This document shows, in pieces, positions 20,453 through 32,016 of a stretch of DNA of 64,000 bases. The stretch covers positions 288,001-352,000 of the forward strand of contig CAVYNY010000022.1 of assembly GCA_963769935.1 (NCBI GenBank). Reading direction: 5' to 3'. Numbering within the stretch: the stretch's first letter is position 1; each line of letters opens with the position of its first letter. The translations under genes and the position numbers were made by a program. The DNA is from an uncultured delta proteobacterium (GTDB lineage Bacteria > Desulfobacterota > Desulfobacteria > Desulfobacterales > JAFDCJ01). The notes under the pieces are model-generated. The model was not told the origin of the DNA. It worked only from the letters and a program-made list of their open reading frames with translations, and made no database searches.

Positions 20453-21391
20453 CTATAACTTCTCCGCGGCCCGCAGACGTGTGCTGCGGGCCATGGGGTT
20501 GGCCGTGATTTCTTCTGCCGTCGGCCGGACCACTTTTTTTGTCAGAATTCGAACCTGCGGTTTTTGACCGCAAACACAGCGGGGCAGCTGCGGCGGACAG
20601 GTGCATCCTTTCTCGAGCGCTTTCAGCCGCTGTTTTACGATGCGGTCTTCCAGCGAATGAAAGGACAGCACACACAGACGGCCCCCCGGGTTTAAAAAAT
20701 CCGCAGCGGATTCCAAAAACGTCTTGAGGGTATCCAGTTCTTTGTTTACGGCGATTCGCAGGGCCATAAACACCCGGGTGGCAGGGTGGATCTTTTGCCT
20801 GGACGCCGCCTGCCGCGGAATTGAATCAACCACAATTTGAGCCAACTGTTTGCTGGTATTGATTTTTTTCTGTCGTCTTACTTTTACGATGTTGCGGGCA
20901 ATTTGTCTGGCCCAGCGCTCCTCGCCGTATTCTTTGAATATTTTTTGCAGATCATCCTGCGCTGAATTGTTGACGAGCATTTCGGCCGTTTCCCGTGTTT
21001 GAATATTCATCCGCATATCAAGCGGCTCTTCTTTGCGGAAGCTGAATCCCCGACCGCTGTCCTCGAGCTGATGCAGCGATACGCCCAGGTCCAGCAGCAG
21101 GCCGTCGACTGCATTAATATTTAATTGTGAAAGAAACTCAGGGAGACGAACAAAATTGCCGTGTATGAGGTGAATGTGTAAGGAATAATTTTGCAGGGCG
21201 GTCTTCGCATGATTGATGGCATCGATGTCCTGATCAATTCCGACAAACACACCGCCCGGGGTTATTTTGCCGCAGATCGCGCCGGCATGTCCTGCACCGC
21301 CCAGCGTGCCGTCGACATATATTTTGCCGGGCCGGCAATTCAGGTAGAAAACCACCTCGTTTAGCATTGCTGGGATATGCCTGTAAGACAT
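20453..21391 (-). CDS. rsmH: 16S rRNA m4C1402 methyltransferase
   Basis: HIPAML, DGTLGGAGH, DLGVS, PLDMRM, HPATRVFMALRIAVN, SFHSLEDR. Confidence 0.98.
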   Translation of the reverse strand: MSYRHIPAMLNEVVFYLNCRPGKIYVDGTLGGAGHAGAICGKITPGGVFVGIDQDIDAINHAKTALQNYSLHIHLIHGNFVRLPEFLSQLNINAVDGLLLDLGVSLHQLEDSGRGFSFRKEEPLDMRMNIQTRETAEMLVNNSAQDDLQKIFKEYGEERWARQIARNIVKVRRQKKINTSKQLAQIVVDSIPRQAASRQKIHPATRVFMALRIAVNKELDTLKTFLESAADFLNPGGRLCVLSFHSLEDRIVKQRLKALEKGCTCPPQLPRCVCGQKPQVRILTKKVVRPTAEEITANPMARSTRLRAAEKL

Positions 21392-21395
21392 CGGT

Positions 21396-21842
21396 TTAAA
21401 TTCCTAACTTGGCAATTTCGTTTCTGAGCTCCTCCTTTTGCATGTTTTTCTGCAAAGCCATTTGCTGCTTTTCCCATTTTTCCAGCGACCAGATTTCAAA
21501 GTGCCGCAATACGCCGACCAGAGCGATCTCTTTTTCTAACTCGGCCTGCTGTCTGAGGGTCGGCGGAATGAGAATCCGCTCCTGTTTGTCGCATAAACAT
21601 TCAAACGCACCGCCGATGAAGACCCGTCTGAATTGGCGCATGTACTCGTTTGTTTCAGCCAGGGATAAAATTTTATTCTCTATTTTGTGCCACTCTTCAA
21701 AGGGATAGGCGAACAGACAACTATCCATGGCCGAGACCATCACGCCGGAATTTTCATCCGATTTAATATGATCACGAAACCGGGCCGGTATAATGATGCG
21801 GCCCTTGGCGTCGATTGTATGATGAGAAGATCCGCGGAACAT
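21396..21842 (-). CDS. mraZ: Division/cell wall cluster transcriptional repressor MraZ
   Basis: MFRG..IDAKGRIIIPARFR, DKQERILIP, FEIW. Confidence 0.97.
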   Translation of the reverse strand: MFRGSSHHTIDAKGRIIIPARFRDHIKSDENSGVMVSAMDSCLFAYPFEEWHKIENKILSLAETNEYMRQFRRVFIGGAFECLCDKQERILIPPTLRQQAELEKEIALVGVLRHFEIWSLEKWEKQQMALQKNMQKEELRNEIAKLGI

Positions 21843-21846
21843 TTAT

Positions 21847-21910
21847 TCCAATATTCTCCACAATTATCCACTTTGCTCCCCATTAAATTACAGATTCCTG
21901 AGAGTGTCAA
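21847..21910 (-). promoter_or_regulatory. dcw promoter with MraZ operator repeats
   Basis: Minus strand TTGACA-17 bp-TTTAAT, immediately followed by TGGGG/GTGGA/GTGGA/TTGGA at ~10-bp spacing, matching known MraZ boxes. Confidence 0.8.
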
Positions 21911-22275
21911 GAGAATTTTGAAATAAATTTTCTAATTTCTAAAATAATTTTGAACTGTTAAAAGATTTAATACCCGCCAAAATAGGGCGGAGTGATTAGG
22001 CTTTTAAATCAGCCTGGGACAATGAGCCATAGATAACGGACAAAACAAATTGACTCGTTTTCAACAATGATTTGAGCGTCAATAATCTGTCGTGACGCTT
22101 CGATATTCATCTTTCCTAATTGTAATCCGCAGGTTCCAACTAAATCCCGGTGATTTCCTAATTGCCCATGGCCGTCTCTAACTTATTTAATTTCAACATG
22201 TTAATCATTGCAGCGAGAAATAGACGGACTCACGAAAAATATTCAATCCACTCTGGATTGCAGAATAAATCCAAT

Positions 22276-22304
22276 AGGCATGTAATTTGCAGTAATTACT
22301 GCAA
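22276..22304 (+). promoter_or_regulatory. Putative sigma54 promoter overlapped by an 18-bp perfect palindrome
   Basis: AGGCATGTAATTTGCA (GG-N10-GC); TTGCAGTAATTACTGCAA at 22287-22304. Confidence 0.55.
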
Positions 22305-22680
22305 TTTGTATACGAACGGCTGATTCATTCTTGTTATGCCCGCTAATCCATCAGCCACGCTTTTCCTTGCAAGCCGGAATCAGTTCGGCGCGAGTACTCA
22401 ATTGCCGTTTAGTACAACCGAGTCAGCCCGGCTAGATTAAAAATATTATTTTAATTCGGGATGATACATCAATTTTTCGGATGTAATTGACAAGGCGGAG
22501 CTGCAATATTTGAGGCAGGTTTCCCTTGGTCTGCCGTGGATATCTTGCAGACCGAATAGCCGGTCCGGTCAACCAAACTCTTCGTCATAGGTTTTTATCC
22601 CATCCTGCCTCTTCAAGGTTTAAGGGATTGATTCTAAACGAACGAATTCGGCTATTATTTTAACAAGCGCTGGGAATCGA

Positions 22681-23761
22681 ATGAATAAGCCAACTTTTCC
22701 ACTCCTATCGGTCATTGTGCCCTGTTATAACGAACAGGATGTTATCAACGCGACACATCAGAGGCTTATGGAGACCCTCGGTGATAATCCTGAGTTTACG
22801 CTTGAGATCATCTATGTGAACGATGGCAGTCGTGATCAGACCGAGGCGTTGCTTTTCGACCTGGCCGGCGGCGACAGTAGAGTAAAGGTGATCTCATTGT
22901 CGCGAAACTTTGGTCATCAACCTGCGGTAACCGCAGGCCTGGCATATGCAACCGGCGATATAATTGGGATCATCGATGCTGACCTGCAAGACCCGCCTGA
23001 GGTGATCCTTCAAATGATAAACAAATGGCGCGAAGGGTTTGATGTCGTTTACGGTATTCGTACCCATCGCAAAGAGGGCCTGTTTAAACGTCTCTCTTAC
23101 GCAAGCTTCTATAGACTGTACCGATCACTTGCCAGCGTTGACGTGCAACTTAACAGCGGGGATTTCGCCCTGCTGGATCGGCGCGTAGCCGATGTGCTGA
23201 ACTCCCTGCCCGAGAAAAACCGGTTCATCCGCGGACTCAGGGCGTGGACCGGTTTTAGACAGACCGGTTTGGTTTATGAAAGAGCGGTCCGTGCTGCCGG
23301 GGAGTCCAAGTATTCCTTCAAAGAACTTATCAAACTCGCTTTTGACGGGATTTTCAATTTCTTCTACCGCTCCACTTACAATCATTTTCATAACCGGAAT
23401 CGTTACCGCTTTTACAGCCGTTGCCGCTGCATTTGTATACCTGCTGGCCCGTCTATTCAATTATACAATCTTTGGCAACAGCCCAGGGGATGTACCCGGC
23501 TTTTCTACCATTATTATCGCAATTTTGTTTTTCAGCGGTGTGCAGCTGATTTCAGTCGGCATTCTGGGAGAATACCTTGGGAGGCTTTACCAGGAGGCCA
23601 AAATGCGTCCTCCATTTATCGTCAAGGAAGTGCGAGGTCTGAAGTCATTAGTCTCAACCCGGAGTGATTTACCGGGTTTCCGCCTCCCGCACCTGTCAAA
23701 CTTACCGGCTGCCGATGAGCCATTCGAAGGATCATCAACTATAGATCAATGGAAAAAATAG
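22681..23761 (+). CDS. GT2 polyprenol-phosphate glycosyltransferase (GtrB/ArnC-like); +1 frameshift near 23360
   Basis: VIVPCYNE, NDGSRD, SRNFGHQ, DADLQDPP, GDF.LLDR; two C-terminal TMs and GEYLGR in the shifted frame. Confidence 0.9.
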
Positions 23762-23867
23762 CACGGATACTGAAGCTGAAACAGCCCCAAATGGTCTTGA
23801 GCGGTCTGAACCATAATTTTCTTTATGGTGTCCTTCCCGGCGATTTCAACTTTTCGCTGATTCCAAG

Positions 23868-25657
23868 TTGTCAATTTCATATCCAAAGAAAAAGTCGCAG
23901 ATAGTGAGAGAAAAAGGATTCTTAAGTTCGAGTAGAAGCACCTGGTCTCTGGTAGCCGTAGGATTGGCGTTATTGGCTCCTATTTTAGTGTATCAAGGTT
24001 TAATGCTGGGCGGCGATGATGTTCTATATGCCAAATTGGCAGCCAATATGGCATCCGGTAAACCCACTTTCGGCATTAACACACATACATTCCGTTTGGG
24101 ATTCATCGCGCCAATAGCAGGCTTGTACGCAATCTTTGGGATCCACGATTGGACAACCCTCGCCTTTCCAATACTGTGCACCCTGCTTGCCGTATTATTA
24201 GCCGCCTATGCGGCCTACAGGTTAAATGGCGTATCAGCTGCTGCCTGGGCGGCACTAATATGTGGGTTTAACCCGATTTTATTCAGAAATGGTTTGACCG
24301 CTATGCCGGATCTTCCGGCTGGCTTTCTTTATGGTTTATTTATCGTGGCCTGGTTGCTGCTGACGGCCGATCGTGTTCAAAAAAGGCGGCTTTGGGCCTT
24401 TATTGCGGGTCTCGCGTGCGCCTGGGCCATTGCCACCCGTATTAGTATGGCGCCGATGGTAATGATGACCCTGCTGGGGTTCTTGGTCTGAGCCGGCGAC
24501 GATCCGCCGGGCGTAAGTTCCCTTTTACTTATTTTTTCTTCGGCGGCTGTTTGGTGGGGATCCCTTTTTTGCTGTCCTTCTGGTACGGCACCGGCACGCC
24601 GTTATATTTTTTAGATGCCGCCCAAGGGGGGTATAATGCTGACGGTGCTCCCTGGCTGAAACCATTAACAGGATTACGACTATGGACCAGGTTATCCGGA
24701 CTATCCATCCTTAAGGCGTCGGTTGAGGGTTATCTGTTCGCAGTCTTCCCGATAATAGTGACGATGATTACCCTCGGCAGAGATCCAACTGCTGCAGATT
24801 TAAACGACGTTCGCAGGCATCTCTTGCTTGCCATTATCTCCCCGCTGCTCATTTTAAGCCATTTTTCAACCAGTTTTTCGCATTGGCAGCCCGTTCACCT
24901 GGATCTTCGCTTCGGCAGCGCCATTATTATTCCAGCTGCAGTATTAGCAGCAGATGCCTGTGAAAACCTGACGAGATTTCGGTTTTCCAGTTTGACGAAG
25001 TTCGCATCGATTTTAGCCTTATTAGTTTCCGCGTTTTTCCTGGCAATTGGTATATTGCAGCATAATTTCTGGACCATTGCAGGGGCGGCGGCATCCCTAA
25101 TCGTCAGCGTAGCGATTTTGAATGCACAACGCTGGCCTGGATACCTTCTTCCCACTTTGGTCGTGATGACTCTGTCGTTAAACTGGGGGTACTACATCCG
25201 TCACGATTACCGGGACGAGATGGCACAGTACCGCAGGATGCGCATTGAGGCTGAGGCGGTGCCATGGGATTCTAAAATACCGATTCTAACCGATAGTGTT
25301 ACGGCACAATATCTTCCGTATTTGAAATCTTTCACCATTGAGCCGAAAGTCGCCCGCTGGAAGGGCGAGGGGGAAACCAGCCCGCCCTTCCAGTGGGCCG
25401 ATCAACGCGATGCCCCCTGGCCGGGGAAATATATTTTAGTGTGGTATCCGCAACGGGCCTATTTTCAAACGAGACGGTGGGGAGGAAATCTGCCGCAATG
25501 GGTATTAGACCAAGCTGCTGCGGGTAAGTTGCTTTATCAGTTCCAATTTGAGTCTGTTGAGTCAACCCACAATGTATTTGATCGTCGCAGGACGCGGAGC
25601 AACGAATACCTGACCTGGCCGCGAGCCGGAATTTATCTGGTCAACGGACAATCATGA
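23868..25657 (+). CDS. Multi-TM GT-C (ArnT/PMT-like) glycosyltransferase, split by a frameshift near 24490-24550
   Basis: DD motif after the first TM (GGDDVLY), many TMs, MPDLP; two consecutive ORFs of the same hydrophobic character. Confidence 0.7.
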
Positions 25658-26436
25658 GCGAGGAACCAAGTCGACAGCTAAAAGCGCCTGATTTTGCAAA
25701 AACGCGATACAACCGGACCATGCGCAAGATCTGGCCCTGGCCGATGGTATTACTGGAGGAAATTGCGGCATTGTTGGATGATCTGCCCGGCGGTTTGTGG
25801 CTAGACGCCGGTTGCGGAGATGGACAACTCGTAGATTTGGCCGGAAGGCATCGGCCGGTTGTCGGTCTGGATTTAGACGAAACCAGGCTTGGACGTGCCC
25901 AAGCTCGTCCTTACCTTTCTGTCGTGCAGGGCTCCGTTGCATCTTTGCCGTTCGCGCAAGAAAGTTTAAGCGGAATTATGTGCATTGAGACGTTAGAGCA
26001 CATTTTGGACCTGACGGCGGTCCTAAAAGAATTCCACCGTTGTCTGCGCCCCGATGGATTTCTCCTGATCAGTATGCCGTCGGTGACTCTGCGCAGCCGC
26101 TGGCAGATGAAATGTTCGGGGAAGCCGGTTTACTGCTCTCCCGCGGAACACGTTCGCGAACTTTCAGCTGTTCCAATATCCGGATATCCAAACCGGTTTA
26201 AGACATGGGAATGGCTGGAAAGAATTATGCTCCAATCCGGCTTTAAAAAGATAAGACAAGGCGGGGTTGGGTATTTATTTCCGATGTGGCGGGGAAAATT
26301 AAGCTGGTGGGAGCATTTTATGAATATTCTTTACCGGGAAAAAATCAATCGATTGATCGGAAAGCTTCCGGCAGTCCGAAATTACCCCTACTATTGTATT
26401 TACCTGTTTCGCCGGAATATCAGCGTCAGTTCCTGA
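25654..26436 (+). CDS. Class I SAM-dependent methyltransferase
   Basis: WLDAGCGDG, LPF, ETLEHI, LRPDG. Confidence 0.88.
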   Translation: MSEEPSRQLKAPDFAKTRYNRTMRKIWPWPMVLLEEIAALLDDLPGGLWLDAGCGDGQLVDLAGRHRPVVGLDLDETRLGRAQARPYLSVVQGSVASLPFAQESLSGIMCIETLEHILDLTAVLKEFHRCLRPDGFLLISMPSVTLRSRWQMKCSGKPVYCSPAEHVRELSAVPISGYPNRFKTWEWLERIMLQSGFKKIRQGGVGYLFPMWRGKLSWWEHFMNILYREKINRLIGKLPAVRNYPYYCIYLFRRNISVSS

Positions 26437-26491
26437 AGGCCTATAAATTTTAAGAAAATTTTTAACCCTCAGCTTATATATTTACTGGTGG

Positions 26492-27142
26492 ATGAAGGCC
26501 CCCGGTTTAGGCTTTCTATGTCAAAGACAGCGTTCAGCCATCCACCTGACACGTTTCTATATGTACCGGCATTTAGAAAAAGTATTGTCTGAATTATCTG
26601 TTGGCGGACAAGTCCTATCCATAAGCGGTCTGGGACCTATTCCTGAGATGCTGGCTACCCGGGTATCTCATATTGTAGAAACCAAGTATCCCGAAGCGGA
26701 TATTCAGGCGTTGCCTTATGAAAATGACAGCTTTGATATCGTAGTATCCGATCAGGTTTTGGAGCACGTATTCGACCCTGTCCAGGCTGTCAACGAGAGC
26801 TTGCGAGTGGTCCGACCCGGTGGGTTGATCATTCACACCACATGCTTTATGAATCCGATTCATCTTTATCCGGTAGACTTGTGGCGCTTCAGCCCAGGGG
26901 CTTTGGCTCATCTATCTCGAAACGCCGAAATCATCGATACCGGAGGATGGGGCAACCGATCGGCGTTGTTATTCGTACTCATGGGCGTCGGCCATCATCT
27001 GATACCGCTGCACCCCCATCATCCGCTGCATCGGATTGCTTTATATAATGACGAGAAATATCCGATCGTATCATGGCTGGTTGCGCGGCGACCTTTGGCA
27101 AACGGCGCGACAACACCCCATGCCGGCCGACAGGCCTATTGA
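26492..27142 (+). CDS. Methyltransferase type 11-like protein
   Basis: LPYENDSFDIVVSDQVLEHV, RPGG, HLYPVDLWRFS. Confidence 0.82.
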   Translation: MKAPGLGFLCQRQRSAIHLTRFYMYRHLEKVLSELSVGGQVLSISGLGPIPEMLATRVSHIVETKYPEADIQALPYENDSFDIVVSDQVLEHVFDPVQAVNESLRVVRPGGLIIHTTCFMNPIHLYPVDLWRFSPGALAHLSRNAEIIDTGGWGNRSALLFVLMGVGHHLIPLHPHHPLHRIALYNDEKYPIVSWLVARRPLANGATTPHAGRQAY

Positions 27143-27268
27143 TGCTGTTTGGGAATCTGCCGACACGCTGCAAAAGAGCATGCAGCACTTCGGCTTTATT
27201 CGCTCCCCATTTTCAATGATGGTGCCCTTTCTAAATAATTTCCATTTTTTTACTGAGGATCATCTAAG

Positions 27269-28435
27269 ATGCGCATCGCCTATACTGCGTTGATTGAGAT
27301 AGATGTATCGAATGCCTGTTTGATTCACACACGTGAGATAACGGAGCAAATTGCTGCTCTCGGCCATGAAGTGATCTTGTTTTTACCGAATCCGCTACGC
27401 TTTCAAAAGTGGAAGCAGATAAATCATGTTTGGGTTAAACAGTGGGGATTTGGCGGTATTAAAGAAGCACTGTTTCATCTCGAAAGTTTTTTGCGTCTTT
27501 TTCAGATTCATTTAAAAAAGCGCTTTGACTTGCTCTATTTAAGGGAAATGTTTCACAATGGCTTGATTCCATATTTGTGCAAGTGGTTGCATCTGCCCCT
27601 GTTTGTTGAAGTGAACGGCTGGCTGCTTGATGATTTGCGGCTTAGAGATGCTTCTCCCAAAAATATCGCGCGGGCCGCCGAAAGGCAGCGGCGGCTCTTT
27701 CATCAGGCCACCGGTATCGTCGCAAGTACCTTCGGCGTTGCTGAGGATATAGCAGAAATTTACGGTGTGGATAGACATAAAATCTTTGTGCAACAACTCG
27801 GTTCGAATCCGGTTCTATTTAAGCCTGGAGATAAAAGGAGGTCTCGTGAAAAACTAGGTCTGCCGGCCGACGCCGAGATATTCCTGTTTGCAGGCAGTTT
27901 CTCGAAGAACCACGATTTAAACTTGTTGCTGTCTGCCTTCAGTCTCTTTTCAAACAACAGGCCGCAATCCATTCTTGTTCTGATAGGTGATGGAACGACG
28001 CGTAAAGAAATGGAAAAGAAAGCCGGCGATCTCGGTACCTCGGAGAAAGTATTATTTGCCGGCTCGGTTTCTTATGAAAATGTAGGAATTTGGATGCAAG
28101 CAGCAGATGTCGGTATCATACCGCTTACCGACTGCAATATACGTCGGCGCAATGGGTGTATGACCCTGAAGCTGTGGGATTACCTTGCTTCCGGCTTGCC
28201 GGTAATTGCCACCGACTTACCCGGCACCCGGACCTATCGTGATCTCATGGATTACGTAATTTCTGTCGAGCCCAATAATGAAAAAATGATGGCTGAAGCC
28301 ATGCTGCAGCTTATGGAAAATTCCGAGAAAAGAAGACGGTTTTCTGAAAAAGGCAGACGCTTGGTAACGCAACAACGATCCTGGAAGCAGGCAGCACTGG
28401 AAACGGATGCCTTCATCCAGCGGCTATTGAGATAA
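27269..28435 (+). CDS. GT4 glycosyltransferase
   Basis: GT-B fold; LKLWDYLASGLPVIAT. Confidence 0.88.
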   Translation: MRIAYTALIEIDVSNACLIHTREITEQIAALGHEVILFLPNPLRFQKWKQINHVWVKQWGFGGIKEALFHLESFLRLFQIHLKKRFDLLYLREMFHNGLIPYLCKWLHLPLFVEVNGWLLDDLRLRDASPKNIARAAERQRRLFHQATGIVASTFGVAEDIAEIYGVDRHKIFVQQLGSNPVLFKPGDKRRSREKLGLPADAEIFLFAGSFSKNHDLNLLLSAFSLFSNNRPQSILVLIGDGTTRKEMEKKAGDLGTSEKVLFAGSVSYENVGIWMQAADVGIIPLTDCNIRRRNGCMTLKLWDYLASGLPVIATDLPGTRTYRDLMDYVISVEPNNEKMMAEAMLQLMENSEKRRRFSEKGRRLVTQQRSWKQAALETDAFIQRLLR

Positions 28436-28521
28436 AGACTTCGGACAAATGCAAAGCAAAATACCATCTCAACCCAACGATTGCGCCAATTCCGCCGCCG
28501 TGGTAAATTGCCTTCCAAGCA

Positions 28522-29970
28522 ATGACTGCTGACCTTTCACTTCAAACCAAGGTGATCAGAGGCGGTTTCTGGATAAGCCTGGGCTATGCTGCGCAGCAAG
28601 GCCTGGCAGTTTTGAGGACATTTGTACTGGCCCGGCTGTTAACTCCGGAAGATTTCGGCGTTATCGGGCTGGCTGTTCTGATTCTCTTTGCCGGCAATAT
28701 CCTGACCGAGTTGAACATCGGCACTGCACTGATCCAGAATCCAAAGCCTTCCGAACGCTTTATCCATACCGCTTGGACTTTATCCCTTCTGCGAGGGGTT
28801 ATCCTGGCCGCCGGACTTGTCGCGCTGGCTCCCTGCCTTGCAGAAATACTGAGATACCAGGAATTGGTCCACTATTTGCGGGTCGGCGCCCTTAATTTTA
28901 TACTGGTCTCTATTCCGGCGGTACCGTTGTCACTTTTAATGCGGCATTTGGAATATAAAAATCGTGTGGTACTGGATATCGTTCGTGAAATGGTCACGGT
29001 CACGCTGTCCATTTTGCTCGCCCTATGGCTGCACAGTGCCTGGGCCCTGCTATTGGGACTTCTGGGAGGCCAATTTGTGGTCGCAGCCGGTATTTGGTTC
29101 ATTGTCGATTACAGGCCCCGCTGGGTGCTCGAGCGCAAATCGTTGAGTGAGCTCTGGAAATTTGGAATTCCTCTCTATATAAGCGGCCTGCTAACCTATT
29201 TAGTCACGCGGGGTGACGACCTGGTGGTCAGCAAATTAAAAGGCGTCACTGTGTTAGGTCAGTACCAGGTGGTGTTCTCCATCGCCGAAATGCTGACCCG
29301 CGGGCTAAGCGACGTAATCTCCAGGGTTGTCTTTCCCGCGTATTCGAGGATTGCCAGCGACAGGAGAGACTTGCAGGAGGGTTTTAGCGAGGTCTGGCAT
29401 GTTTTGGTGCTTTTGATTCTGCCTGTCGCCGGCATCATCGTCGTGTTTCCTTCCGAAATGATTTATATCCTGCTGGGCAGCCAATGGTTAAGTGCGGCAC
29501 CGGCCCTGATGCTTCTTATGGCTGGCGAATCGATACGCGCGATGTGCGTTCCCTTCGGAATTATCATCATCGCCAGCGGTAATACGGCAAACATGTCACG
29601 AATTAAATTAATAGAAGCAGTTGTATTCAGCCTACTCATATTTCCATTGACCTATCGGTGGGGCATTGCAGGCGCTGCGGCATGCCTGATCATCGTCTAC
29701 AGCTTTTCTCTGGCTGGATGCATTTACATGGCCAACCAGGTGGCCCGTATCTTACGCCCCTTGATTTACGGACTCGGAGAGCCTTTATTAATCACGATCA
29801 TCATCGCACTATTGGCCGGCCAAATTCCAAATCCTAATCCGTTGCTGACAGCAATTTCAGCGATGATCTGGGTTTTTTGCTGGGGCATTTACATAGTTGT
29901 CCGGCATGGCGAGCTGGTAGCCAAGATTTTTTCCGCTTTCAGACGAGATCTGGTATTCAACCAGGAGTAA
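28522..29970 (+). CDS. Wzx/PST-family polysaccharide flippase
   Basis: LARLLTPEDFG, ~12 TMs, LGQY, VVFPAYS. Confidence 0.9.
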   Translation: MTADLSLQTKVIRGGFWISLGYAAQQGLAVLRTFVLARLLTPEDFGVIGLAVLILFAGNILTELNIGTALIQNPKPSERFIHTAWTLSLLRGVILAAGLVALAPCLAEILRYQELVHYLRVGALNFILVSIPAVPLSLLMRHLEYKNRVVLDIVREMVTVTLSILLALWLHSAWALLLGLLGGQFVVAAGIWFIVDYRPRWVLERKSLSELWKFGIPLYISGLLTYLVTRGDDLVVSKLKGVTVLGQYQVVFSIAEMLTRGLSDVISRVVFPAYSRIASDRRDLQEGFSEVWHVLVLLILPVAGIIVVFPSEMIYILLGSQWLSAAPALMLLMAGESIRAMCVPFGIIIIASGNTANMSRIKLIEAVVFSLLIFPLTYRWGIAGAAACLIIVYSFSLAGCIYMANQVARILRPLIYGLGEPLLITIIIALLAGQIPNPNPLLTAISAMIWVFCWGIYIVVRHGELVAKIFSAFRRDLVFNQE

Positions 29971-30027
29971 ACCAAATTGCTGAAGTTAAATTAGGGAACA
30001 CAACATCCAACCTGTCAAGAACTATCT

Positions 30028-31890
30028 ATGTGCGGAATTGCCGGAATAATCGCGCCGGACCTGTCGGCAGCTGAGCTGGAAGGTGCGGTGTTAAAAATGC
30101 GCGGGAGTCTTCGTCATCGGGGACCTGACGATGAAGGCTTATTTGCAGCTGATGGGGTTGCCATGGGGCACACCCGTTTGTCGATCATAGATATCGAGGG
30201 CGGCCATCAACCCCTTTCAAATGAAGATGAAACCATTCAACTCGTTTTCAATGGAGAGATATACAACTATAAAGCCTTGCGGCAAAAGTTGTCGTCACGG
30301 GGGCATCATCTGCGCAGCCAAAGCGATGGCGAAGTGATTGTTCACCTTTATGAGGATGAAGGCGAAAGCTGCCTGGAAAAATTGGAAGGTATGTTCGCCT
30401 TCGCTCTTTGGGATGGCCGCCAAAAAAAAATGCTCCTGGTGCGGGATCGGTTTGGCATAAAACCATTATATGCCGCGGTCGCTGACGGCAGGGTGTGCTT
30501 CGCTTCCGAGCTGACTGCCATTATTCACGGCGGTTTGATCAGGGCCGAAGTGGATCCACTGGCAATTTTTGCATACATGGCTTTTTCCTATGTACCGGGA
30601 CCCTTGAGCATATTAAAAGCCGTTCGAAAAGTTCAACCGGCCGAAAAGATCAAGGTGCAGGGAGGTGTCGTCAAAAATGACATTTATTGGAAACCCGGCA
30701 GGGTCCGTGTACCGCGAATCAAATCTCAGGCGGCCGAAGAGCTCCATCAGCGCCTGGAGGAGAGCGTATGTTCACACTTGATATCGGATGTGCCGGTTGC
30801 AGCCTTTTTATCCGGCGGGGTCGATTCATCAGCCATAGTGGCATTGGCACGGAAGCACATGGAATTGGAAACTTTTTGTGCTTCGTTCCTCCAGGCCGGC
30901 GTCGACGAGGCCCCGGTATCGCGGCGGGTAGCGCACCACTTGGGATCACGACACAGAGAGGTCAGCATAGCGATCGATCCCGCGGAGTTGATCGATGAAA
31001 GTATCAAGTTTATGGATGAACCCTTTGGGGATTCGTCGGCGCTTGCTACCTTCGCGCTGTGCCGTGAAGCGCGCAAAGTAGCCAAGGTTGTGCTTTCAGG
31101 CGACGGCGGCGATGAAGTTTTCGGCGGATATACCGGGCGTTACCGGGTCGCGGCCCTCAAAGCCGCTTTGCCCGTGCCCGGAGGCATCGCACGTGTTCTG
31201 CGCCAGCTTCCCCCCTGGCGCACCGGCCGGCGTCGCTCGCTTCCCGCAATGCTGGACCGGGCCGCTTTGTCAGATGAAGAGCGGTATGTTTTCGAAAGGC
31301 AGATTACTTCAGCGTCAGATCGCACCGCGCTATTTGGCCACAAACAGGCCTTTGAATTTGAACCCTATCTGCAGGTATCTGCAAAGCGGCCGCTTGCGCA
31401 ATGTGATCACAAGCACCCGGTCCACCGGGCACTTTGGCTGGATCTTTTAACTTCGCTGAGTGACGATATGCTGTTCAAAGTGGACCGCATGAGTATGGCG
31501 CATGGGTTGGAAGTGCGGGTCCCCTTTTTGGATCATCGACTGGTCGAGTTTGCGCTTTCGCTGCCGCCATCCTGGCTGGTGAGTCCGCTGCCGGTCGAAG
31601 GCAAACGGCTGCTAAGAAAGGTCGTGGCCCCCTATTTGCCCAGGAGTATTCTTAATCGGCCCAAACAGGGATTTGTCGTTCCCCTAAACGATTGGCTGAA
31701 GAATTCCCTGCTGGCAATGTTCGATACATTTTGCATGGATACTAGCTCCTGTCTCGCAGGGCTGCTTGACCGGAAAGCCTTGCAAATGTTGCGCCGCAGG
31801 GGCCTGGGCAATGCCCCCCGGCAAGATCTCTATGCGCTGGTCATACTCGAAATATGGCTGCGCCGGCTGCGCTCAATTCGAAATTCATGA
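30028..31890 (+). CDS. asnB: Asparagine synthase (glutamine-hydrolysing)-like amidotransferase 1
   Basis: MCGIAG, HRGPD, RLSIID, NGEIYN, LSGGVDSS, SGDGGDE, KVDRMSMAHGLEVRVPFLD. Confidence 0.93.
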   Translation: MCGIAGIIAPDLSAAELEGAVLKMRGSLRHRGPDDEGLFAADGVAMGHTRLSIIDIEGGHQPLSNEDETIQLVFNGEIYNYKALRQKLSSRGHHLRSQSDGEVIVHLYEDEGESCLEKLEGMFAFALWDGRQKKMLLVRDRFGIKPLYAAVADGRVCFASELTAIIHGGLIRAEVDPLAIFAYMAFSYVPGPLSILKAVRKVQPAEKIKVQGGVVKNDIYWKPGRVRVPRIKSQAAEELHQRLEESVCSHLISDVPVAAFLSGGVDSSAIVALARKHMELETFCASFLQAGVDEAPVSRRVAHHLGSRHREVSIAIDPAELIDESIKFMDEPFGDSSALATFALCREARKVAKVVLSGDGGDEVFGGYTGRYRVAALKAALPVPGGIARVLRQLPPWRTGRRRSLPAMLDRAALSDEERYVFERQITSASDRTALFGHKQAFEFEPYLQVSAKRPLAQCDHKHPVHRALWLDLLTSLSDDMLFKVDRMSMAHGLEVRVPFLDHRLVEFALSLPPSWLVSPLPVEGKRLLRKVVAPYLPRSILNRPKQGFVVPLNDWLKNSLLAMFDTFCMDTSSCLAGLLDRKALQMLRRRGLGNAPRQDLYALVILEIWLRRLRSIRNS

Positions 31891-32016
31891 CGACCGGGCA
31901 AATTAAATCATTTTAAGAAATACCGGCCTGGATACCAGCTCTACTGGATCTTCGTTTAACTCACTATAATGCAGAACTATATCGGGAAAGTCAGGGACAG
32001 GTGATTCGCGATCGTT

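Noticed and set aside
22493..22503. GGCGGAGCTG as an ops/JUMPstart element
   Set aside because: It is an imperfect match to GGCGGTAGnnTG and too short to support.
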